A stretch of DNA of 64,000 bases from Octopus vulgaris. Its lineage: Eukaryota. Of this stretch, positions 39,166 through 51,405 are shown one piece after another. Numbering within the stretch: the stretch's first letter is position 1; each line of letters starts with the position of its first letter. The notes under the pieces are model-generated. The model was not told where the DNA came from. It worked only from the letters and a program-made list of their open reading frames with translations, and searched no databases. The stretch spans positions 97,092,001-97,156,000 of the forward strand of contig OX597816.1 of assembly GCA_951406725.2 (NCBI GenBank), read 5' to 3'. The translations under genes and the position numbers were made by a program.

Positions 39166-39368
39166 TATACATATATGGTATAAGATTCCAAAACCTTGTG
39201 AGTAAAATCCAATAGTATTTAACTATATATATATATAGTTAGCAAGCTACTTACCACACAGCCACTCCTGCATGCGCATTATATATATATTATCTATATT
39301 TGTTCGTATATATGTGTATAAATTATAATATATATGTGTTATATCTTAATAATAATAATAATAATAAT

Positions 39369-39420
<52 letters not shown>

Positions 39421-39630
39421 CCATGTTGGATCGTTAGCCCCTACACGCAAGTTTTTTTCTCTCCTTGTTTCTCTCCTTGTTTCTTTTCTGTGTATCTTTC
39501 TGTCGAAGAGCGTAGGCTCGAAACGTAAAAGACTTGTTTTATTTCTATTCCTGAGTGTCATACTAATACATTATTTGTTTGTACTCCACCTGCCTTCATC
39601 TTTTGTTTATTTTCGTAAACCTTCCGTTAT
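39421..39630 (+). mobile_element. ~200-bp HHR-like element, family B copy 2
   Basis: Matches the reverse complement of 7770-7971. TCTTT-CTGTCGAA-GAGC gtag GCTC-GAAA-CG-TA-AAAGA at 39495-39532. Confidence 0.75.
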
Positions 39631-39832
39631 ATATTATATTATGTTTCATATATATATATATATATATATATATTATGTGAAATAGAAAGATGAATAATCT
39701 TGTAGTAGATTAATCAAAAAGTTTAACCGATACCTTAGTAGCAAAAATCACAGCAGTAAAACAGCACGGTTGGAGGTACAACCATATGGTGTTGCAACCG
39801 TGCGTTGGTGCGGATAATTGAAATTAGAACAT

Positions 39833-40877
39833 TATTGGTGAATTGAAGAAATGGAGCTGAACGCAGATTGAACAGAAATCGTTTTATTTCATTCTACACG
39901 TGTTTCGAAAGGCACAAATTACCAAAATCCGATGGAATAATGGGACCATATTGTGTCTTTCTCTTCAGGAAAGAAAATAGGAAATCCGTTGGAAAACAAA
40001 AACAGAACAGAGGCGGAGCAAAAACAAATCGAACTATGCTCCTAAGAGCCCATGGCGAAACTGTTTATCAGTGTATGTTGAGAACCGGTGGCTGAAGAAT
40101 TCAACGGGTCAGGCATCGGTCAATCAATGGGTGAGGGCGTAGATGTTCTTTGTGACCGAGAATAAAGTTCTGACTATTTAAGGAATATTGGATGTTTTAT
40201 AAGGGGCGAGAAAAAATCTACTTAGAGACGTGTGTGTGTGTATACTGTTCTATATACGTGTGTGTTGGCGTAGGGGTAGAAAACATTTTTTGTGTACGTG
40301 TGTGCGTTTGATCGTTCGGCTGTCAGTGGCTACTGCCGTGATGACCGTTGGGTGGCAGAAAAAAATATATATCATGTTTTATGATATATATTTTTTTTTC
40401 TGCCACCCAACGTCATCACGGCAGTAGCCACTGACAGCCGAACGATCAAACGCACACACGTACACAAAAAATGTTTTCTACCCTACGCCAACACACACGT
40501 ATATAGAACAGTATACACACACACACGTCTCTAAGTAGATTTTTTCTCGCCCCTATAAAACATCAATATTCCTTAAATAGTCAGAACTTTATTCTCGGTC
40601 ACAAAGAACATCTACGCCCCCCTCCACATGATTGACCGATGCCTGACCCGTTGAATTCTTCAGCCACCGGTTCTCAACATACACTGATAAACAGTTTCGC
40701 CATGGGCTCTTAGGAGCATAGTTCGATTTGTTTTTGCTCCGCCTCTGTTCTGTTTTTGTTTTTCCAACGGATTTCCTATTTTCTTCCTGAAGAGAAAGAA
40801 GACAATATCGAAACACGTGTAGAATGAAATAAAACGATTTCTGTTCAATCTGCGTTCAGCTCCATTTCTTCAATTCA

Positions 40878-40883
<6 letters not shown>
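39833..40883. mobile_element. ~1.05-kb palindromic HHR-bearing element
   Basis: Arms fold about ~40378; the right end abuts (TA)n. Confidence 0.85.
39886..39978 (-). ncRNA. Hammerhead ribozyme with extended stem II
   Basis: Minus strand TTC-CTGAAGA-GAAAGACACAA...TTGTGCCTTTC-GAAA-CacgtG-TA-GAA. The right-arm copy (40778-40830) has lost most of stem II. Confidence 0.75.
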
Positions 40884-40936
<53 letters not shown>

Positions 40937-41159
40937 TCCATGGTTGGCACCACAGCCTTGGGTTTTTTAATCTCATTCTGAAAAAAAAATTATATATACA
41001 CACGCTGATATAAGACCTACGTTGGATAATCACCGAACCTGGAGCTTAACTATAGTCTATCCATAGCACTTACTCTGCATTACCTGACACCTTTGAGTTT
41101 TACTGACACCGTTACCTCTCATAACCTCACTCTCTCTCTCTATATATATATGTATATAC

Positions 41160-41205
<46 letters not shown>

Positions 41206-41209
<4 letters not shown>

Positions 41210-42070
41210 AAAATTTCTCTCAGATAATGTTTACTCCAGACAGCTCACGATGGTTTGGAGGTAAATACAGAAAAATATCACAAGTACATAGATCGTTTGA
41301 TTACATCAACGTTTGAAGATTAGCCAAATAAAATCAGCATTTCTTTCGTCAGCTCAAAATTTTTTTTGCCTGCTATTTCTACTAAGTTCAGTATGTGGCA
41401 AAGTAATTTATTTTACTAAGCCCTAATTATATAATGTAATATTTTGAATTCGCCTTAAATGGTCCTTTTACATGCTGAACACTTGGTGAAATTGATTAAT
41501 TAATTTTACCCTCAATTGTTGATATTATAATTCATTTCTCTCTGTCATACTGCCTTGGTTCTCGCGGTTAAAATATAATGTTTGCTAGATAGACCACGTG
41601 GGTGGAAAAGGAGTGCAGAAATTTACGCCTGCGCATTTTGAATTTGTTGACACTAGCAGTTGGAGCTGGTTCATTTGAAGCGAAAAGTTCGCCGAGAGGT
41701 AAAGTTCCTTCTTTTTAGTGTTTCCAAATCCAAATTAAGAAATTTTGAGCTGACGAAAGAAATGCTGATTTTATTTGGCTAATCTTGAAACGTTGACGTA
41801 CTCAAACGATCTATGTACTTGTGATATTTTTCTGTATTTACCTCCAAACCTTCGTGAGCTGTCTGGAGTAAACATTATCTGAGAGAAATTTTCTTTAATT
41901 GCTAAAAAAATTTTTTTTGGCTGCTATTTCTACTAAGTTCAGTATGTGGCAAAGTAATTTATTTTACTAAGCCCTAATTATATAATGTAATATTTTGAAT
42001 TCGCTTTAAATGGTCCTTTTACATACTGAACACTTGGTGAAATTGATTAATTAATTTTACCCTCAATTGT

Positions 42071-42075
<5 letters not shown>
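41206..42075 (+). mobile_element. Non-coding HHR-bearing element: inverted arm plus ~1.3 copies of a 551-bp monomer, between (TA)n tracts
   Basis: 41206-41362 is inverted to ~41740-41897; 41361-41525 is repeated at 41912-42075. Confidence 0.85.
41744..41806 (+). ncRNA. Canonical type I hammerhead ribozyme
   Basis: TTTGAG-CTGACGA-AAGA..GCTGA ttttat TTGGC..TCTT-GAAA-CGTtgACG-TA-CTCAAA; predicted cleavage after 41800. The mirror copy 41296-41358 has GAAA changed to CAAA. Confidence 0.88.
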
Positions 42076-42131
<56 letters not shown>

Positions 42132-42216
42132 ATACAATGTAATTTTACATCCATCGTTCACATCTCGGTGTTTCTAGGTTTTTCCCTTTTTCCTCTTCGA
42201 TCCATATATATAAATA

Positions 42217-42595
42217 TGGAATGGAAGCACTCCATCGGTTACGACGACGAGGGTTCCGGTTGATCTGAATCAACGGAACAGCCTGCTCGTGAAATTAACG
42301 TGTTAGTGGCTGTGCACTCCACAGACACGCGTACCCTCAACGTAGTTCTCGGGGATATTCAGCGTCAGTGACAAGGCCGGCCCTTTGAAGTACAGGTACA
42401 ACAGAAACAGGAAGTAAGAGTGAGAGAAAGTTGTGGTGAAAGAGTACAGCAGGGATCACCACCATCCCCTGCCGGAGCGTCGTGGAGCTTTAGGTGTTTT
42501 CGCTCAATAAACACTCACAACGCCCGGTCTGGGAATCGAAACCGCGATCCTATGACCGCGAGTCCGCTGCCCTAATCACTGGGCCATTGCGCCTC

Positions 42596-42597
<2 letters not shown>
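42217..42597 (-). mobile_element. Full-length tRNA-derived SINE (second family)
   Basis: Minus strand GGAGGCGCAATGGCCCAGTGATTAGG (A box) ... GGTTTCGATTCCC (B box); (TTCCA) tail. Confidence 0.85.
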
Positions 42598-42658
<61 letters not shown>

Positions 42659-43189
42659 AAATGCATATATATAATATATACATATATATAAATATATATA
42701 CATATAATATATCATATATATATTATTATTATTAAAATATAACACATTTATATATATATATTATAAAATATAACACATATATATTATAATATATACACAT
42801 ATATACAAACATATATAGATAATATATATATATATAATGCACATGTTGGTGTGTCTAAGTGCCCGTAACTTAGCGGTTCGGTAAAAGAGTGCGATACAAT
42901 AAGTACTAGGCTTACAAGGAATATGTTCTGGGTTCGATTTGTTCGACTAAAGGCGGTACTTCAGCATGGCACACAGCGAAGTGACTTAAACAAATAAAAG
43001 AGTAAAAAGGATATGTAATGCATTAACTTATATATTATATGCAGCATGATACGCTTATACATATTATCTCTCCCACCGTATATGTATATGAATGCACGCG
43101 CGTGTATATATATATACACATACATACATACATACATATATATATTATTATATTATTATTATGAGTCTATATATGAGTGCTTTCTGCGA

Positions 43190-43245
<56 letters not shown>

Positions 43246-43810
43246 TCATATATAGAAAAGCATAAATGCAATACAATGTAATTTTACATCCATCGTTCAC
43301 ATCTCGGTGTTTCTAAGTGTTTCCCTTTTTCCTCTTCGATCCATTATATTATGTTGTTGACACGTGTGAAATATCATAAAAACTTCTATAAACTTCTATG
43401 TTCAAAGTCTTAATGTCCATCATATTAATGCATTCTTTCTCATCACATCATTTATAAAGCTTTATTGCTTAATATTCAGCATTTGTGTTGTCTTTCTTAC
43501 CTTCCAATAAGTACCTATGCAGAAAATATTCCCGTTTGAAGATATTTCTTGTAATTGCAGACTCGTAACGTATCATTTTCCTAAATTCTAATATACTCGT
43601 ATACACATTGACTGGAAAGTATACATCTATAAATACGTACAAACATACTTGCTAACGTATCCACATATAGAAGAAATCATGGGACCAGAATCGCTAAAAC
43701 ACATAAACACTCGTATAATTATTTGTAACATTTACCTATAGAAACACAGCCACATACGTATGCATAAAAGTGTATGTCAATGTATCTCTCTTCCTTCTCT
43801 CTCTTCAATG

Positions 43811-43880
<70 letters not shown>

Positions 43881-43881
43881 A

Positions 43882-43912
<31 letters not shown>

Positions 43913-43959
43913 GATACGTACATACATATAGTTATATATATATATATATGTGCATATAT

Positions 43960-43995
<36 letters not shown>

Positions 43996-44133
43996 CACAC
44001 ATATATATATATATAAAATAAAAATAAAGAAGATATGCAAGAAACTTGCGCATACTGTTGTATATAGGCTTACACGTGTCATATATTATAAATATATACA
44101 TATATATATATGCACTCTCAGATATGTATATAT

Positions 44134-44176
<43 letters not shown>

Positions 44177-44376
44177 TACACATAATAAATATATGTATGT
44201 ACATATATATATATATATGTAACCAAAAATGCAGAAAATATGCAAGAAACACACATATACTGTTGTATATGGAATACACATACCGTATAATATATATATA
44301 TATATATAAATTACATAAACACATCCGCATATATATATATACATATACATATATACATATTATATATATAAATATA

Positions 44377-44444
<68 letters not shown>

Positions 44445-45564
44445 CAGATATATACTCATATTCACACTCACACAGTCACATTTGAAGACTATACACAACA
44501 ATTATTCATGTACACATATTCACAGAGACAAATATATATATATATGTTTTGTGAAATGAAACACGTTGAATATTCTTGAATCATATTTCATAAAAAATCT
44601 TAATTATAAATTGTACGATTTATAATTTTAATCCCTTTGTGTTTCCGCAGATCCCTTGTGATCAGGAACCACTCCCCTAATACATTTAATTTGCTTAAAT
44701 TCAAATATATCGTCAGAATATATCACCATGATAACTAGATTCAGCATTTTAGGTAAAATACTATTTAAATAAACTGTTCACTTCAGTTGCTTACCCTCAA
44801 CACATTCATACATTCACACATTCACTGACACACACCCTACAACGCAACAAGTAATGAGCAGGGCGTCATTTGCTAAGTTTTCTTGTTTGTGTATATGTAT
44901 TGCAACACAGGGAAACCACTTAGAAGAAGATCTCTTCTGCTTTCTCTGAGTACACACATACGCACGCGTGTATGTGTGCGCGCGCAAGCACACACACGGA
45001 GTGATTGCTTCATATTCGCAAATGATTGCCGTCTGTTTACGCTTCCTCGTTGTTAATGATTTGGGTGAATGCTCTCTACCTAAAATGAGTTGCTTGCTCG
45101 AAAGAATCTCCACTAAAGCCGGTCCCTGTCACGGAACGACACAACAACGATGTGTGAATAAGTCTTCTGCTACGTATGTGAGAATTTGCAACTGAGTGCT
45201 TCCAACTGGTTAAATCTGCATAATCACTACTCTTCCACTGCTATCGGACTTTAATTAGATGGAATAATAGATAAGGTCACCACACACAGAGAATTTTACC
45301 TCGTATTATAGAGATGAACGCTTGTACAGCATGAAACTCACGCTCTGAGGTTCTGTATTTAGTACCTTTAACAAGGCAAAGTGAGATGACCAGCAATCAT
45401 GTGAAACCACAAGTTTTAAATCAGAAAGTCCCAGAATGATACTGTAACAACTAAGTGTCCTTTACTCCTCAAACTCTGGAACTCCCAAACCAGGTACTCT
45501 CAAACAGATATCGTCTAAAGTCATACTCAGGAGACATACTTACACACATACATATACATGCATG

Positions 45565-45686
<122 letters not shown>

Positions 45687-48130
45687 GTTTGGCGGCGAGG
45701 TTGGCGAGGTTGGCGAGGTTGGCCCTCGACCAACACTTCAACGCTAAACACGAGGGGTGTGCTGTCAGAGCTAGGATGCGTGCTCTAAGGAACGAAGGTG
45801 TTGGAGCCGCGAGAGAGGCCCGGGTGGCAGAGGCGCAACAGGGCAACAAAGCCACCATTCGGTCTCTGGTAGATGAACAGGGGCGCGAATTGATCGAGCC
45901 AAGTAAAATGTGTGAGGCCTTTCAACAGCATTTTGCCCGACTGTTCGGGACGAGTGGCGGGCAAGAACGTAGGGTGGACTTCAGTGCCTACCTACACAGC
46001 CTACCACGACTCTCGACAAGAGAGGCAGGGTGCTGCGAAGGTGCCATCACAGCGGCGGAAGTGCAGGACGTGATGGCAGAATGCTCGAGGGACAAATCGC
46101 CGGGTTTGGATGGTCTACCCTACGAGCTTTACAGTTGTATCCCAGACTTGTTTGGAGACGTCTTGGCAGCGGTGTACTGCAACTGGCAGCAAAACGGGAG
46201 CATTCCTGGTTTTGTGAGCCGAGGAGCCGTAACACTGCTGAAGAAAGATCTAAACAAGGGAAATGTAATAGATAACTTTAGGCCCATCACTCTACTTAAT
46301 GCAGACTTGAATATTTTGGCCAAGGTGTTAGCCAAGAGGTTCGAGAAACTGGTCGACAAGGCGCAAACGAGCGCCGTGCCGGGCCGGACCATCCATGACA
46401 ACCTCCACCTGATGCGCTATATCATAGACAGGGTAGTTAACGAACCTGGCATGGGTGGGGCGCTGATCAATTTGGATCAATCGAAAGCTTTCGATAGGGT
46501 AGACCATCGATACTTGGAAGCAGTCCTCAGAGCGGCTGGCTTCGGTCCCGTCTTCCGCGACTGGTTAGCCGCTTTGTACAGAGGCATCCGTTCAGTAATT
46601 CGCGTAAATGGACATCTATCGAGACCTTTCGACATCGCACGTTCGATCCGTCAGGGATGCCCCCTCTCGTCGCTTCTATACGTATTGACTCTCGAGCCAC
46701 TATTGCGGAAGCTGGCAACTCTGAGGGGCATCCCGCGAGAATTGGGATGCGGGACGAGCGTGTCTGCATAAGCGGACGACGTCACCGTCATAGTGTCTAG
46801 CCACGAGTACATCGGGCAGGTCGACGAGACACTGAAAAACTACGAAGCGGTTACAGGAGCAAAAATCAACCGGGAAAGGTCAGTGGGCTTGCGGCTAGGC
46901 ACCTGGAGAAGCAAGCCCATGCCGTCTACCAGCACCTCCGTTGTGGGACGCTGGACCGACGGTCCGGTCGAGTTACTCGGGGTCTGGTTCGGTCCGGACC
47001 TCCAAATGGAGAAGAACTGGAACGAGATAACGAGTAGGGTGGTCACTCTCGCCCGGCAATGGGCCGAGAGGAAACTGTCCGTAAAAGGTCGGGCGGAGGT
47101 GGCGAACACGTACATCGCGTCCGTCATCTACTACCGCCTGACCGTCGTGCCTTGTCCCGACCCTATCATCACCAAACTAGAACGCATTCTCTTTCGCTTC
47201 TTGTGGAAAGGATGCACCCCGATGTTCAGGCGATCCATTTGCTGTCAACACCCGTTAAAAGGAGGATTGGGCATGCCGTGGTTGATGATGCGCAGACACG
47301 CGCTGAGACTGCGACATCTCAGGCTCTTCGTAGACGACGGTGAACAGGTGTGGTCGCCGTTTGTGAGGCACGCTTTCCCGCAGCTCATCTCCATGACCGA
47401 ACTGCAATCGTGGATCAAAAAGAGGCCGAGGAGGGGCGAATGGCACCGCGAGTGTCGCGTTGCCCTCAAGCAACTCTGCCGTCCTGGGTCAACCTTGAGT
47501 GACTCCATCACAACCAAAGAGGGGATTAGTGGAGGGGAGGTATGACGACGAGCTCGGGGCGAACCTGGACGTCGACGAGGAATACTTGACCCGCCTATTC
47601 GGGACGACTTTCGGGCCAGGGCCCATGGACAACTTCCAGGAATCCCTGACCTGGCAGTGCTACCGAGAAGCGCTACCCGTTCGGGATAAGCTCTACAGAT
47701 ACGGCTCGAGAAATACGGGGCCGACCTGCTCGAGATGCGCTCAGAGCGACGAAACCGTTCTGCACGCACTCGCGCAGTGTCCAACAATTTCCGACCTGTG
47801 GGCTTATGTCGAACAACTGCTGTCACGTGTGGAATGAGTCGGTTTATCAGCTGAGTCTGTCGTCAACATTGTCACGCCTCCTTCCTTCAAGCGGGAAGGA
47901 AGAGGTATTTTCATCATCCTTGTGGCTATGGCGAAAGAATGTATCTGGTGGACGCGTCTGAAAGGATTGGAGACAAACACTTTCCTCTCTTGTCAACCTC
48001 TCATCAACTTCTTCAAGTACCACTTGAAAAGGAAAGTGAGAGTAGAGAGTTTTGTCTAGCGAATGTTTTAAAAAAAGATGGGTGAATGTAACAAGGATGG
48101 CACGTATGAACCCAGAAATTGAAAACTGAA
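45687..48130 (+). pseudogene. LINE ORF2 reverse transcriptase pseudogene
   Basis: TAA at 46769-46771 replaces the Tyr of YADD; frameshift near 47520; stop at 47835-47837. Confidence 0.9.
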
Positions 48131-48548
48131 GGTTACCCACTTGCAAACAAATGTGGTAACATATGACAATATTGACCAAGGTTACCGTGGTCTCTTTTGT
48201 AGGCTTTTCTTCCCACGGATAAACCTTACTTGCTTTCTCCTTTACACCATACATCATGATACTGTGATACACGATCCCTATTGATCGTTTTTTTCCTCTT
48301 CCCCTTTTTTTCCTCTTTTTTCTTCTTTTTTCATTTTCTTTTCTTTTGTTCCTTTTCCGTTTTTCTTTTTCTCTTTTCTTTTTTTTGTTCTTTTTTCCCT
48401 TTTACGATCCCTTTTGATCGAAAATCTACGCCCCCTTTTTTTTGTTTCTTTTGTTTTTTGTTTTTTGTTTTTTTCATCCCCCAAAAGAAAAGCTCTACCT
48501 TGTAACTTGTTCCATCTGTGTGCAGCCCTGTGTGGCCAATAAAGAAAC

Positions 48549-48549
<1 letters not shown>
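45687..48549 (+). mobile_element. Tx1/L1-clade LINE, 5'-truncated ORF2 plus 3' UTR, inserted in (ATCT)n
   Basis: KSPGLDGLPYELY, NFRPITLLNADL, LDQSKAFDRVDH, RQGCPLS, SA*ADD, C..C...ET..H....C knuckle; T-rich UTR and AATAAA; (ATCT)n on both sides. Confidence 0.93.
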
Positions 48550-48606
<57 letters not shown>

Positions 48607-48627
48607 GTCTGTCTGTCTGTCTATCTC

Positions 48628-48714
<87 letters not shown>

Positions 48715-48726
48715 CTATCTACCTAC

Positions 48727-48770
<44 letters not shown>

Positions 48771-49626
48771 ATGTCTGTCTGTCAACCTGTCTGTCTATCT
48801 ATTTATCTATCTATTTATCTATCTATTTATACATACATACATACATACATACATACATACATACATACATACATACATACATACATACATACATACATGC
48901 ATACATATACAAACACACGTACAGCAGCATACACAGAACGACCGAATACATTTACATAAATACAAAAACACATTTACATACACGGTCACGTGCTCTAAAT
49001 CACATGTATAATAAAAACAAGACAATATGTATGCGCTTACGGTTTGAATAATTTGAATGATTTGAATGTAATGCAGATGATATAACTGACAAGTTGTTTT
49101 AATAACTTTGAATAAAAAGAAATATGCACGGGGTGCGACTGTACTTTTGTAGTTAGATGCGTGTGTAAAAGCTATGCTTAAAATATTTATCAGCCCTGTG
49201 TGAAACGTAAGATAGTTAAATAGTAGAGAGAGTTGTGAGATGTCTTATGAACGTTGAACGAAAGGCATAACCTCCACCTGGAAATATGATTTTTACCGAG
49301 ATATTAAATCAAGGCCTTTCTTTATAACAAACATTATTGAAGGTTCCCTTTATCTTTAATCACGAAAACTAAAACAGTTTCTTTAATACCTGTCAACTCC
49401 CATTAAAACTATCGATAGGCCAGTTGGTTATGTTCAGGTGTGCATTGTAGCTAGCTTTGATCAGAATGATCAAATATAGTAATGTTAACCGCAAGCGGAT
49501 TATACTTTTATCAAAGCTGCTCTCAGTTCAAATCCGGAGAATGATCTGCTATAAGAATTTCCTCGCAACGTGTTTGTCGTATGGCAACGAATGAAATCAA
49601 GAAACGTATGTGTATATGCGTATGTA

Positions 49627-49666
<40 letters not shown>

Positions 49667-49874
49667 AGGTGGGGTGGGGGTGTATGTCTGTTCACGTTTC
49701 CGATGTATGCAACAAAATCATGTAACAATAATCATAAATTTAAGTTTGACCCAACGAAACATGAGAAAATAACATGAAATTGTTTAATTCAATTCATAAA
49801 TAGTTGAAAATTTTAGAAAAGGTTTAGTGGCTATATATATGTGTATACATAAATATACATAGATATATAAATAT

Positions 49875-49926
<52 letters not shown>

Positions 49927-49950
49927 GTGTGTGTGATTGTGTATAGAAGA

Positions 49951-50716
49951 ATATATTAATAAAAAGAATTCCAACCTTGTCTGATTTTCACGTTTTATTT
50001 ACAATCTTATAATGATATATTATAAGATAATATATTATAATTGAATAAAATAAAATGAAATAGTAGAATGTTAAATATTCATTCTGATTGAACTAGTACT
50101 TTCATGCATTGAATTCTGCAATCTTCGGGTTCATGTAGTAGTGTTGACAGTCATGCTTCACAATTTTTGACTGTAGCAAGATGAGTGATTCTGTGCTATA
50201 AATACAGCTGGGTAGGCTCCAGAGTGCTAGGTTTTGCAAACTGTATTCTGACCAATCAGTGTGTAGTATCACTCAATTACTTAAGCTGATTGGTTGGTTG
50301 AGCTGATTGATTTAGGCATCACGCTTTGTTGGACAGGTCAAAGCGTGATGCCTAAACCAATCAGCTCAACCAACCAATCAGCTTAAGTAATTGAGTGATA
50401 CTACACACTGATTGGTCAGAATACAGTTTGCAAAACCTAGCACTCTGGAGCCTACCCAGCTGTATTTATAGCACAGAATCACTCATCTTGCTACAGTCAA
50501 AAATTGTGAAGCATGACTGTCAACACTACTACATGAACCCGAAGATTGCAGAATTCAATGCATGAAAGTACTAGTTCAATCAGAATGAATATTTAACATT
50601 CTACTATTTCATTTTATTTTATTCAATTATAATATATTATCTTATAATATATCATTATAAGATTGTAAATAAAACGTGAAAATCAGACAAGGTTGGAATT
50701 CTTTTTATTAATATAT
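49951..50716. mobile_element. 766-bp near-perfect palindrome with an HHR in each arm
   Basis: Arms fold about a 10-nt spacer (50329-50338); one mismatch noticed; TA-rich ends. Confidence 0.92.
50534..50578 (+). ncRNA. Minimal hammerhead ribozyme, U4C core (mirror copy at 50089-50133, -)
   Basis: TGAAC-CCGAAGA-tTGCA gaattcaa TGCAt-GAAA-GTAC-TA-GTTCA; palindromic stem III AGTACT. Confidence 0.75.
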
Positions 50717-50762
50717 ATATATATATATATTTGCACACATCAGTAAGTAATGGATATTTCAA

Positions 50763-50986
50763 TACCTATTTCTTTACTACCCACAAGGGGCTAAACACAG
50801 AGGGGACAAACTAGGACAGACAAACGGATTAAGTCGATTATATCGACCCCAGTGCGTAACTGGTACTTTATTTATCGACCCCGAAAGGATGAAAGGCAAA
50901 GTCAACCTCAGTGGAATTTGAACTCAGAACGTAGCGACAGACGAAATACCGCTTAGCATTTCGCCCGTTTCTGTCAGCTCACCGCC
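50763..50986 (-). mobile_element. tRNA-derived SINE (17404 family)
   Basis: Reverse-complement match to 17404-17638 with a short deletion in the head. Confidence 0.9.
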
Positions 50987-50993
50987 TATATAT

Positions 50994-51046
<53 letters not shown>

Positions 51047-51047
<1 letters not shown>

Positions 51048-51405
51048 TGTTTGGCATCCTTTCTGTCTCGGGAGACAATGGAGTTGCGCATTTTTTTTTT
51101 TTTTTTTTAGGTCTAGTCCGGCTGTTATATTTTATTTCCTGTTACATTTCTTGCTGTGGCTGTGTAGTCCTATCCTGGACAAACACTCCCTCTGGCAGGT
51201 ACTGCAAATGTAGCGAAGACTGTTCCTGGCTGGTTGTAGTGCCATGGTCTCTTGTTTATGTCTCTTCCTTTCTTTCCATTTCTCCTCTCTCTTTCTGTCA
51301 CTCCTCTGTATATCCTCTTTTACTGTACGTCGCCATTCTCCACGGTTGCCGGCGACTGCCTCCCAACCGCTAATGTTGATGTTGCAGGCCTTCATATCCC
51401 TACAT
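51047..51405 (-). mobile_element. RTE-clade LINE 3' end
   Basis: CRDMKACNI...WE..A.NR.EWR...YICSTCQRECLSRIGLHSHSKKC, followed by a short UTR with a stem-loop. Confidence 0.85.

Noticed and set aside
42530-42597. tRNA gene
   Set aside because: It is the tRNA-derived head of a SINE, continuing into a SINE body without a proper acceptor stem or terminator.
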